Source: Sarea resinae
Taxonomy: Eukaryota
Length of the DNA stretch: 64,000 bases
Reading direction: 5' to 3'
Assembly (NCBI GenBank): GCA_026026165.1
Contig: JAPEUD010000039.1
Coordinates: 124,001-188,000 of the forward strand
Below are positions 52,779-64,000 of this stretch, piece by piece. Each line of letters opens with the position of its first letter. Position 1 is the stretch's first letter. The translations under genes and the position numbers were made by a program. The notes beneath the pieces are model-generated. The model searched no databases and was not told where the DNA came from. It worked only from the letters and a program-made list of their open reading frames with translations.

Positions 52779-54892
52779 TCATAATTCCATCGTTGCAATC
52801 CGCCCGCCCACCTCTCCGCCACCACTAACACTCCAAGCACCTTCCGACACCCTCCGAGCCACTACTTCGACAATCTTGTTGACCGCATCATACTCGGGCT
52901 CCTGGGACAGACCCTTGAGCCTTTCGTGTAGCATTTTCAGCGTGTCGAATTTGGCCGCCCCCACCTGATACGCCGCACTCTCCGGATCGCCTCGGCCACC
53001 GACCAGATTGGTAAATGTCTGTGCGGGTTTCAGCAGAAAAGGCAAAACGCTCATGGCTGGCGGAGAGAGAATAGCTAAGAAACCCGAGGGCTGAGGCGGC
53101 TCGGTGGAAGGTGGCAGCATCGCCTTCAGCTGCTCTTCGGTGGGTAGCGTAAACCGCTCTTCCGTTCCAGTCGCCGCCGCAGCGGTGGAAGATGTAGACG
53201 GTAAAGGTGCCCACCGGGCGGAGATGATCGATCCGATGACCTTGATGGAGGCCAGAGCGACATCCTTCAAGGCGATGGTTTCGGCGTAGCTGACGAGCTG
53301 GGAGAAGAACGTGGGGTTGTAGGCGGTATAGAGACTGTACAGCGCCCTTGCAGCGGCGGCCTCCTCGGCCTTCTCCGAGCCATGGAAGAGAGCGCCCAAC
53401 GTGAGCAGGGCGCCCTCATGTGCGGGCCTTGCCGGTAGTCTCGACAGAGGACTCGACTGCCACATACTCCGAGAAGATCGATTCTGCTGACGAGGCATCT
53501 GTGGGAGAAGACAGACACGCGGGAGTTTGGTGAGCATATGAAGATCGGAATACGAACATCCTCCAGAAGCCCACTTGCCCGGCGAGATATCCAACGCGTC
53601 GTTGAGCCGAGACAGAATCCTTTCGACGCTCGTCGACTTGTCGGGGCTGGTCGCGAGAAGATGGGCGGGATAATGAGAGGCGTAGGCGGTGAGATAGTGA
53701 GCGGAAGGCCCAGAAAGGTACGTCACATCCAGGGGATCGTGCTTGGGATTATTCGGATCCAAGTAGTAGGCGGCGGCCTGTGCGTGGAGATTGTGAGAGA
53801 TCAGGAACTCGAGCGAAGGCGAAGAATGTTGCGAGGTGGTCAAAGAGGCCAGCGACGAGGACATGGAGACGTCTTCGACCGTGATCGTCTTCAGAAGGTT
53901 GGAGAAAAAGTCAATCAGGTGGATGTGCATGAGAACATCGTCCTTGGTGTCGACCATGTGCATGGCGGCAAAGTCTGAGAGTCCCTGGCCCTTTTCCAAG
54001 CCGTACAGGCTCTCCACTTCTGGAATCTGCGACTGCGCGACCACGTCCCACTCCATCTTGCCCACTTTCGGAATCAGGCTCATCAACCGCACCTGCGCCA
54101 GTGTCTTCTGCCGCTTCTCGATGGCCCAGTCCGCATTCGGGCGTAGACTGCAGATGGAGAATAGTAGGCCGTAGATGTCCCTGTCCCCAAAGACTCTTCT
54201 CCACATCAAGCCCTGGCCGGCCCCGTCGTCGTCGAAATCCGGGGACTCCCTCTTGTGATCCACCTCGAGCAATCCCCACAAGACGCGACCGGCAAACTCG
54301 GCCACCTCCACGTCGGGCGACACCAGCCAGCGATAGACCAGCGCGGCGACGACATCGGCTTTCCCCGCGACGATGGCGGCATCGCTCGCGGATGCCGTGG
54401 CCAGTTCCAGGATGGTCAAGGTCAAGGTATTGAAGTCGGCGGACGGGGTCTTCAGCCCGCCCACGAAGTCGACGGGCGGATCGACCTTGAGGATGTCCGA
54501 GAACTTGAAGGGTCTCAGCAGGATGAGCAGCACCGAGCTGAGCGGGGTGGGAGATTGATCGAGGGTCGGGATGATCTTGGCGATCTGGGACACGAGATGG
54601 TGCACGACGGGTCGGTTGGTGGAATCTGCAGCGGTCAGCATCGTCCAGCGCCAGTTTGTCTTGTCGCACCATTGATGAAGGTCGGCGCGTAAGCCGCAAA
54701 CTCGTCGAGCAGTCGTCCGTCGAGAGGAGTGGCGGGGTCGTCGTGAATGGCGGCCAGGTGCTGTTGGGTCCGGGCGAGGATCTCCGCAGGCATGCCGGAA
54801 CGCAGGACGGCGGAGGGCGATGAGACGGTGTCCACGGTGTCGAGGCCCTGCATGGTATCTGGATCATCGGCGTCCATGGTGGCCATGTCCAC
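52779..54892 (-). CDS. HEAT/ARM-repeat protein, probable 19S proteasome assembly chaperone (Hsm3/S5b-like)
   Basis: A short first exon is spliced to the 620-aa ORF. Leu-rich helical repeats, GQGLMWRRVFGDRDIY, KRQKTLAQVRLM, and C-terminal GGRGDPESAAYQVGAAKFD...GGRIATMEL. The family assignment is from memory. Confidence 0.7.
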
Positions 54893-55641
54893 GTCTGCGA
54901 GTGAAGATGTTTCTTGTGGAGATGGCGATGGTGGGGGACTGAGGTGGTGGTGGTGGTGGTGGTGGTGGTGGTGATGACAATGATGATGATGGTGATGGGC
55001 ATGTATTTGCCCTCAGGTCAAGCGAGCTGGAGCTGGAGCTGGAGCTGGAGCTTGCCCTGGAGCGGCAACACAACTCGGAGCTCAGTGAAGAGGAAGACGA
55101 ACACGTCTATAATATCACATTGAAGAGATGACCATAACGAGCCCTCAAGATGCTCTCTCCTTCATGATTCATTAATCAAGCTGCCATTGAATGCCCGAGA
55201 TACCTATTGCACTGCATCTTGACACCTTAGATACCTAGGTTATACGGGCAACAGCCCCTCGGCCTAGGCTCTGGCGGGGGATACATCGAATACTTCGTGC
55301 CCCACCAGCGAAGTTGTCGGGCTGCAGCGTCCACCAAAAAAGTATCTTGACTTTTCCATTTCCATTTCCATTTCCATTTTCATCTCCATCTCCAAAAAAA
55401 CAGTCACAGCCACTTTTGCTTTTGTTCATTCTCCTCTGACCCTAACACTGTCGAAATGTCTGCACGCATGTCTCCATGACATGACAGGAGTCGCATCTCG
55501 TTGCATCTATCAGCATCAATAGCCATCTGGAAAGCCATGTTCCCCGAGACCGTCCTCCGATCACATACCACGCACACAGAGACTGCATGCCGGTAGCGGG
55601 CGAGAGAGCCAGCCAGCCAGCCCTGAAGCTCTTGCAATCCA

Positions 55642-55795
55642 ATGTCACGAGGCGGGCGTGGTGGCTTTGGGAGAGGCGGTGGCGGATTGGCACGCATTGC
55701 CGGCGCCGACAGTCGCTGGTGGGAGGATGACCTGGCTCTGGAGACCAAGCCCTCTGAGCTTTTTCCCGTAAGTCTTTTTCTTCTGCAGGTGTGCC

Positions 55796-55833
<38 letters not shown>

Positions 55834-57038
55834 TCGCAATCGCAAGCCCAGCCAGCCAGTCCAGTCGGCAACCAGCACAAGCAGCCACCATCATGCTGTC
55901 TGCCCCATCCCACCCTCTCTCTCCATCTGCACCTCTATCTCCATCTTCATTCATCTCTAGCATCGCCAAAAGAGCACCACCACCACCACCGCCGCCACCA
56001 TGGAATACTGGCACCATCAACTCGTACTGACCACACTGCAGCCGCTGCAACCGCCGCTGGCGCGTGCCCTGACCCGGCCCGAACGCACCCAGATCTCCCG
56101 CTACCGCTCCCTGCGTGATCGCATCCACGAAGGGCCTCTCTACACCGTGCTCGGCGACCATGCGCGCGTCGGCAAAGACAGCAGCACCAGCACCGGCGCA
56201 TCGACGACGGCCGCCGCTCAGATCGACCCCTTTGAAGGCGGCATGCCGACCTACGGCATGAAGTATCGCAAGAAGCGCAGACGCATCCCGCGGCTCGATA
56301 CCCGGCCCTATGGTGAGCGCGCACTTCTTGCCCACTAGACCTTTCTTCATCCGCAATGCCTGGGGCGCATTCTTCTCCCACCCTAGGCCTTTAGCCATTC
56401 GTAACTTGCGCGCATTCTGTCCTCTACAGTTGCGCACTACCCTCTCCCTTTCCCGTTCCCTAGACCCCACACTTCGCTCGTCAATACCTCGTGCAAGTGC
56501 CGCGGCTAATCAACCACTCTCCACAGTCCTCCAATTCTTCCCCGCCGAGCTCTGGTCCACCATCGAGCCCGACCACGACCACCTCACCACCACCACCAAA
56601 AACGGCACCAATCTCCCCTTGTCCAAAAAAAGAAAACGCCTTCAGATCTCAACCGCGCACGCTTCCGCCGGCGACGACCCCACCGCCTCGTCGGACTCGG
56701 ACCCCAACGAGGACAGCGACCCGTCGGCCGCGCGCAAAACAGCCCGTCGGAAATCCCTGCTCGCCAGCCTGCTCCACGGCGACGACGGCAACGAAGACGA
56801 CGACGAGCTCGACCCCGCCAACCCCGACGGAATCGACAAGCCCAACCCTGCCGCCGCCGGAGCCGCCGACGACGAGCCCGAGCCCGACGAAGAGGAGCTC
56901 GATGAAGATTACGAGGAAGACGAAGATGACATGGGCGGCGACTACAACGCCGAACAGTACTTTGACGACGGCGGCGACGACTACGGCGATGATTACGGTG
57001 GCGGTGGCGGCGACGAGGATGGCGGAGGGTATTATTAG
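55642..57038 (+). CDS. rpc31: RNA polymerase III subunit C31 (Rpc31/RPC7)
   Basis: MSRGGRGG...KPSELFP|PLQPP...IHEGPLYT...DPFEGGMPTYGMKY...FFPAELW, with acidic tail DYNAEQYFDDG. Introns ~55768-56041 and ~56313-56526. Confidence 0.9.
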
Positions 57039-57039
57039 C

Positions 57040-57900
57040 GCTGCGCTGGATTGGACTGGACTGGACTGGACTAGCTGAGGGAGGGAGGGAGGGAGCGGGA
57101 ATCGGTGGGTTTGGGGAAAAGGCCAGGGGGAGGGGGGATGCGTGCATATAGCGCCGGCGTTTTGCTTTTTCTTCTTCTTTTTCTTCTTCTTACTACCTAC
57201 TCTTTCTGGCTCCATCCTCTCGATTTTCCATGTTGTTGGGCTACTTTCGCATGAGCATCTGCATGAGCATGGTATGAGCATTTCCACCCAAAAAATAAAG
57301 CATCACCACACCCTCTCCCTCTCTAGCCACCATACACACACACACACACTCTCTCTACACGCAATCCCATCCCCCAACCTCAAGCCGACACCAACACCAA
57401 CGCCAACGCCGGCATCCCTTTGAGACCTAGCCCTAGCAAGCAAGCAAGCAAGCACGCACGGCACGGCACGGCACGGCATGGCATGACACAGCCGCCCAAC
57501 TAGTCAGTTAGTTAGCTACCTTGGTCTGCATTGTTTCCGTTCACATCTCATCTGCTTCCCATCTCTTCTCCTCTCTTCTCATCATATCATATCATCTCAT
57601 CTCATGACATCTCATCTCATGTCATCTCATCACATGTCCTTCGCAATCATATCTGCATACTGGTAATTGCATTTGCGTTTGCTATGATGAGCTACTTGAC
57701 CTACCGGCTGCATGGGCGACGTGACGTATCGGCCGCATGGCAGACTCGATCCGAGACTTGATTCGGGACTTGATATGAAGACTTGTTCCCCCCCGAGCGA
57801 AAAAGAGAAAGAGAGAAAAAGAGAGAGGACAAGGGCCCGGTGAGGATGAGAAAAGACGGAAAGGAGACTGCGACGAATGATAGAAGACACGATCAGAGGA
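57040..57900. repeat. Microsatellite-rich region between convergent rpc31 and a hypothetical gene
   Basis: (GGACT)n, (TTC)n, (CA)n, (GCAA)n, (GCACG)n, (CATCT)n. It has no strongly AT-rich core. Confidence 0.75.
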
Positions 57901-58177
57901 GAGGAGATGCGACGAGCCCGGGAGCATATAATAGAATAGGATACCGAGGAGAGGTGACGATTGAGAGGGTCACTTTGTCGTGGTGGTCCTCTTGCCGTGT
58001 CTCTCCCCATCTCTCTCTCTGGGCGTGTTCGTGTACGATAGGATCCGAGAGGATCTGAGGGGAAGACGAGACACGGGATGAAAGCAAAACACGAATACCT
58101 CAGGCAGAGCAACTCCCCTTCGCCACTGACGCCACATCGTATGAATCACCTGTCCAGTTCACGCATGGAAGCCCATC

Positions 58178-59165
58178 TCACAAAACACCCCCTCCTTTCC
58201 CGCCTTTGCTTTCCTCTTTCTCTTCCTCTTCGTATTCCTCTTGCTCTTCCAGAAGAAGCAACTCCTCGATCCTGCCCTCCAGCACCGCCTTCAACGCCTG
58301 CTTGTACACGCCGCCCCGTCGATTACTCGCCACGTACCCGGCCACATTGTCCCAATCCACCTGGCGCAGCACACACTCGGCTACCCGTTTCAGCTCGGCC
58401 GCAGAGACGACGGGCTCGTGCTTGGGGGCTTTGATCGCCGGCGGGCTGACGATGGAGAAGCGTGGCGTGTTTTTGAAGAGCCGTGTGGATTGGGATGTCG
58501 GTGCTGCTTTGGTAGGCTTCTTGGTGTTGCTAAGAGTGGTCCAAGCATGGGAGCGGGAAGCTGGAGTGCTGCAGGCGAAGAGAACGCGTTTGACCCGCTT
58601 GCGGTTGCTGCTGCCGTAGTCTTGTCCGCCAGCGTCTTCGGCGTCGGCGTCGTCATCGTTGTTGCGCCGGTGGTGTCCCTCGTCGTCTGCCGCTCCTGTC
58701 GAGAAGCGCCGCTTGCGCGCCGGCAATTGGATCTTGTGCTGGGGTGTTGGGGACGGCGTGAGAGGGAGCGCAATGTGGACATTTGCATTCGCGTTGGCGT
58801 TCGTGGCGGCATTGTGTGATACCGTCTTCAACGGCGTGCAGGGAGCCGAGGAAGGCGGCGTGTAAGTCGAGGATGCGTGATCGGCCAGGTATCTCTTCGG
58901 CTTCGATTGAGGTGAGACTGAGAGGGGCTGTTGATCGTCGCAGCTCTGGATGGATAACGTAGACGGATTAGTTTTGGATTCAGATGATAGGTGGGATGGC
59001 AATCACCTCTCCTAACCCTGTATTCGACTCCGGGAGCTTTGGAGACCGTTTGAACGCCATCGCATGAGCGTCGAGTTCGTCAGGGCTGTACATGTTGAAC
59101 TCGGCTGGTCGCTGCAGGCAAGCCGGATTTGTCGTCGTAGGACGTCGCAGCGGATGGGCGTCCAT
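58178..59165 (-). CDS. Hypothetical protein with basic NLS-like patches and a C-terminal Myb/HTH-like helical segment
   Basis: 274-codon open frame. A probable first exon MDAHPLRR...TGLGE is joined through a weak GTGATT...CTAAT...CAG intron. Contains PARKRR, RKRVKR and VLRQVDWDNVAGYVASNRRGGVYKQALK. The start is uncertain. Confidence 0.55.
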
Positions 59166-59979
59166 TTCCGCTCCAGCGGTGAGGTAGAAGTCGGAAGAGC
59201 AGAGCAGCGTTGAACAGACGAGAAATAGAAATCAGCCGGCGAGCTGATTGAGGATAACGTGGTAAGATGAGCGGGATTCAAGGGCTTGTAGTCGGGTGGA
59301 GGTGAAGATGAAGGTGAAGGTGACGGTGACGGAAGCCTGAATATGGTGGTGGCTGGTCAAGGGAGAGGAATTCCGACGAGCCATCATCGCCGTGCGACTC
59401 GTCATATTGAATTAAACATGTCGCATTTGGACATGCACGAGGCCAAGATCCAAGGGAGGTGAATCGCTGCGGAGATGCCATCATCAAGTACACGGTCGTT
59501 GTGAGATGGACGCCGAACTGGAGTGGGTTGTTTACGATGATGCTGTATCGGCCGACATCCTCGATCGACCCGCTGGATATCGATACCGTTATCGGCAATT
59601 CCCATCATCATCTTATCGGATTCGAATCTCCACCCAATTCGTCGACTCAACGTCAAATGGATCATCAACTCTTCTGGCCATGAACATCTATCCTCAAACG
59701 CATATATCAAAGTAATGGGACTATAGACGTACACCAGAAGGACTAGGAAAGTTTACTTGATCTTGCAACAATTTTTGATTGAACTAATGCTCCTCTATCC
59801 TATTTCGAGACACTCATATCGTGCAGATGAAGTGAGCTATGAGAGATACGAGACAATTTTGCGACGAGCAGACATGAAGCTTTGCGTTAACCTTGACTTT
59901 TCCCACCTAAATGCATGACTGACAACAGAGCGACAATGTCAATCCATATCCCATCAGCCGCGTGCACGACCACGTAAAC

Positions 59980-62900
59980 CTAAGCCCACATCGCCTTGAA
60001 CTTGCTATCAAACTCCGTCTTCAACTTCTGGAACGCCTTGAGAACAGACAAGAGTCCCCCCTCACTCGGAATGCTCTCTCCGTCAGGCCCCGACATTTCA
60101 GGCTCGCTGTCTTCAGAAGAAGACGAATCCTCTTCCTCGTCCACGTCTTCTTCATCGGACCACGACTCCGCAACCACTTTGGCCTTCTTCTTCTTCTCGA
60201 TTCGCGCTCTGATGATGCTCTCTCCCGAGTCTTGCATGGAGAAATCGGCGGCAGCTTCTGCCATCATGTCGACTGTACCATCTGCTTGATTCGCCATCTG
60301 TTCATCTTGGCCCATCTCCTCGGCATCGCCGCCGCCGGTATCATCAAGCATGTCGAGATCCGAGTCTGCCGAAAGCTTGAGGTAATTGGTCAGACTGGTG
60401 ATGATTGTCGACAGGATCATGCTAAAGTCTGCATTGCCATGTATTAGCGAGAGGCAAGCCTATGAATGAGAAAAGGGAGTCTGCTTGGATAAAAGAAATG
60501 TGGAGCTATGATACATACCATTCAGAACGAACCATACTTCTCCTTTACGAATCCCATTGGCTTGCGCCAGTGCATCAACCTGGCCATGACGGTAGAAGTC
60601 ATAGAGATCTAGATGTAACCTGTTAGCTTTGATCGTCCATCTTGCGGAAAATCCATGCCAACTCACATGCGTTGAGCAGTACTGAAGATTCATCTACATG
60701 CGGGATGACAGATTCCTCCAGAAAGACGCCGTCTCGCACGGTTTTGCAAAGATCCGAAATGGAATCAAATTTGTCACCATGTCCCGACAGGGCCACAAAG
60801 GAAGAACGGCATCTGACCGGTGGAATAGATTTCAAAAATGGAACCGACTCGGCTTTGGCTTGTCCTCCCACTGTAACTCCGGTTAATGGCAGTTTACGGT
60901 CGTCCTCCTTCACGTGCTCTTCGACGAAGGTGCTCACGTAGGCCGTGAAAACATCAAGGGTCTCTTGATTGTGCTTTCGTAGGATCTTTGACGCAGCCTC
61001 CGGCAACTTCGGCAAGAAAACGATAGAAGGAGATTGTTTGACCTTGGTTTCGATGAATTCTTGATCAGCTTGTCGTGACAAACGACGGAGGAACAAGTGA
61101 GACAACACTATCATCAATTCTCGGAGGGTTTGTTCCTCGTCGGTCCCGATCTTCGAACACAAGTCGTGGAAGAATCCGGCTTTGAGCAAAGCATGGAAAG
61201 CAAAGGCCGAATTTTCAGTGTAGTACAGATGAGTGACACAGCTGGCAAAATTCAAGGGGGCTCCGCCGGCCGAAAGTAGCTGCTGTCTTCTGAGATATTC
61301 GATCGAGAAGCGGAGATGGTGAAGCACCTGTTGCTTGAAGGATTGACCGCCTAGATAGAGGCGCGGCTGAGAAAGGAGGGAGTCAATCGCCTTTCTAGCG
61401 TATGGTGAGTTCCCAGACTCGTGTAGCAAAATGAAAAGTCGAAGGATCAAGGACGTGGTCAAAGGGAAGTGTCCGTTCAGATCTGGAAGTCGAGAGCTGA
61501 GCAAGCGCAGGACCTTGTCCTGTGAGAGGCCCTGGAATACCACGTTTCCGAGCAAGTCGAAGCCACGTCGACCTGCTCGACCGGCCGCTTGACGATAGTT
61601 GAGTGCAGTCAGGAAGACGGAATCTCCGGAAAAGACGACAGTGGCGCAAGGCATGTTGATACCCAGGGCTAGAGTCCCAGTGGCAATGACGACACGCAGG
61701 AATCCCCGCCTGAAAAGCATCTCAACTCTGATAAAAATTAGCCGCTTTCAATCACGAATCCAGTATTGGCTTACACTTGACGATACTTTCGGTTCATACC
61801 GGCATGATGAACACATATTCCGCGTGACAGAGCTTCGACGAGCAATGGATCAACGCCCCTCCATAACAGTTCCCTTACATACTTGGCTAATTCTTCCTTG
61901 TTAGACTTCTTCTTATCCGCGAAGCTGAATTCCTCTAGCGGAGCTTCGGGGTCAAATGTAGCCCATGCACTGCTCTCAACATTGGCAGCATCCCGTTCCA
62001 TTTCGCTCTTGGACACTGAATCATCCTTGTTGCCAGACTTGCTGCTCTTGACGGCCTTCTTCGGCGCTTTGGCTGACTTGAGTTGTTCCAATTTCCACTG
62101 CTCCCAAGTTTTGATCCTAGAAGTCCATTGCGGACTAGTGGATTTATATCGGTCCTCGGCTTCTTTTAACTGGTTGAACACGGCCAGGCATATGCTTTCG
62201 CATCCCAAGCGGTCATAATTGAAGAGGATTGCCGGCAGAGCATCCTGTTCTTGGAGTCGAGCCAACAATGGTAGCGTGGTTGCGCAAAGGTCCGCTGTAT
62301 CGACGTTTTTAAATTCGATATTATCATCTCCAGACTCTTTGCCATTCATGTTGCCTGCCTGCGGGTCGGCAACTTGGGTCTCGGGGGCGGAGCGGTCATT
62401 CAAGGTCTGTCCGAGCTCCTCCATGACTTTGTCAAATGGAGACGAATCGTCCCTCATCCAAAGGTGAACTACCTCCATAAGACCCTTTTGCCATTTGAAG
62501 ATGTCTGCTCGTTTGGGGATTGTAGGGAGGATCTGTACAGGATCCAACGCATCGTCAAGCGGAAAATCCTCGGTTTGATGCTTCCTTAGAGCTTGCCAAA
62601 GAGTGAAACAATCTCTTGCTTCGAGGGTAAGGTCGTCCGGTATGCCCCTAGACTTGTGTGTGAGACTCGTCACTGGATGCACAAACGCAAAGCTCGAAGA
62701 CCCATCGAGTCCAAGTTGAGCGAAGCCTGATTTGGGAGGCAGACCCTTGAAAGCAAACTTCTTAGGTGGCACGTAGACAAATTTGCGAAGATCAGAGTAT
62801 CGCTGACCGTACTTGACCATGGAGAGTTGAGTGCCCAATGACTCCTGAGACGAATTCAACCAGGAGCTGAATTCTTCGGGATTTCCCACGGTAGCTGACA

Positions 62901-64000
62901 ATGCAATGATGGGGCACGGAGCAAGGAGCAACAACTGCTCCCAGACAACGCCATCATCTGCTTGACCGATCGAGTGTATCTCATCGAAGATGATTCGCTT
63001 CACTCGGGTGGACCACGACTTGGCATTCGAGGGCGCTAGGAGCATGATTTGCAAAATGTGAGGAACGGTGACGAGAATCTGGCAGGAGGAGGGATTGTTG
63101 ATGCGGTAATCTCGGGTGTGGATGGCCCAGACCGATTTGCCGCCGTGCTTGTAGCTTTTGGAGAATCGACCTTCAATTTCGGCGGCGATCTGATTGACCA
63201 ATGCTTTCGTAGGTGCAACATATACCAAGACGCTATCATTGTCGGCCCGAAGAATTTTCTCCATGGCATAGAAGGATATGAAAGTCTTACCAGCGCTGGT
63301 AGGTGCAACGACAAACACACTACGATTCGCATCGATCTCGTCTAAGACCTTTCGTTGCCAGCCGTCCGGCTGAAAGGGGACTCGTGAATCAGGCGCGGAG
63401 TCCACGCTGCGGTCAAAATACGGTCCACAGTGAAGAAGTTGGAATTCGCTTGGTGGCAGAGAAGTCGAGAGTAGCTCAGACTGGCTGGACAATTGGAAGT
63501 TGAATGAAAGGGGACGGTCATCCAATGGTGCATTCGATACGGAAAATGGTATCCTGAGAGCTCTAGAGACCGTCTCAAGAGTCTGAACGATAGCCTTTGT
63601 CAGACCCTTTTCGGAATTTGCGAGATTTTGAACGGAGTCCCAGATCAGAGCAGCAAGGCCATAGCTGCTTTGCTTTTTGCCAGCAATGCATACGCGTGTC
63701 CAAAGTTGGAGAAGGACCTGTACCAGATAGAGCCGAATTTCTGTACCCAAGATTTCTTGCTTAGCTCGTGGAAGGCTCGCGAGATAGCTCCGAGTAGCTT
63801 GATACCGCCTCTCAAGGTTACCATCTCCATCCAAGAGCTCCCTCTTCGATTGCCACGCGGCAAAGAGTTTCTCAATCTCTTTGCCCTTTTTTGCAGCTTG
63901 CTCCACTTCAATGGTGCGCCTCGTAGAGGACGTCTTTGATTTGGTATCCTTCTTCTTGCTCTGATGTTGCTTGGTTTCCGCTACAGCCGGGCTTTCTGGT
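59980..64000 (-). CDS. Ski2-like DExH-box RNA helicase, DDX60-type; 5' part lies beyond the window
   Basis: PDGWQ (Q motif), APTSAGKT, VAPTKALVNQ, IIFDEIH, LSATVGNP, HHAGM, ATGTLALGINMPC, QAAGRAGRRGFD. At least three introns. Ends FDSKFKAMWA. Confidence 0.93.

Noticed and set aside
53911..55002. 363-aa alternative-frame ORF beginning MPITIIIIVITTTTTT
   Set aside because: It starts in a (CAC)n tract, runs through the Hsm3-like intron and overlaps the true frame. At most it is an upstream AUG of unknown relevance.
22785..59645. GGTTCGAACC (~22788) and TTCGAATC (~59631) as tRNA T-loops
   Set aside because: No flanking T-stem, acceptor stem or A-box could be formed.
59278..59734. Short minus-strand ORFs, one containing PPPY
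   Set aside because: There is no consistent ATG or splice structure, so a gene could not be supported.

Overview
A gene-dense 64 kb stretch of a filamentous ascomycete (Pezizomycotina-type) nuclear genome with short GT-AG introns and CTRAC branch sites. About 21 protein-coding genes can be reconstructed by splicing the ORF track: met2, an Acinus-like SAP/RRM protein, an Atg38-like MIT protein, a Lam/GRAM-VASt sterol transporter, an Sbp1-like RRM protein, tah18, an S10 carboxypeptidase, a SYLF/Ysc84 protein, cpa1/arg-2, a tandem CCCH protein, an NAD(P)-binding epimerase-family protein, the ArfGAP gcs1, a TMEM184/OSTalpha protein, csn6, an Hsm3-like protein, rpc31, a DDX60-like helicase (5' truncated) and several orphans. 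The clearest hidden element is a three-exon upstream ORF for the 24-aa arginine attenuator peptide in front of cpa1, which the ORF track misses. TGACTC (Gcn4/CpcA) sites sit on two intron branch points of that locus. The least explained pattern is architectural. All five convergent (tail-to-tail) intergenic regions are microsatellite-packed islands, most with a TpA-rich core and mirror-image strand composition, flanked by GC-rich low-complexity gene tails. The 5' intergenic regions are instead rich in GTAC and carry a recurrent TACTCCGGAGTA palindrome. I found no tRNA, rRNA, CRISPR array or intact transposon. Family assignments come from motif recognition, not database searches, and composition statements are by eye.
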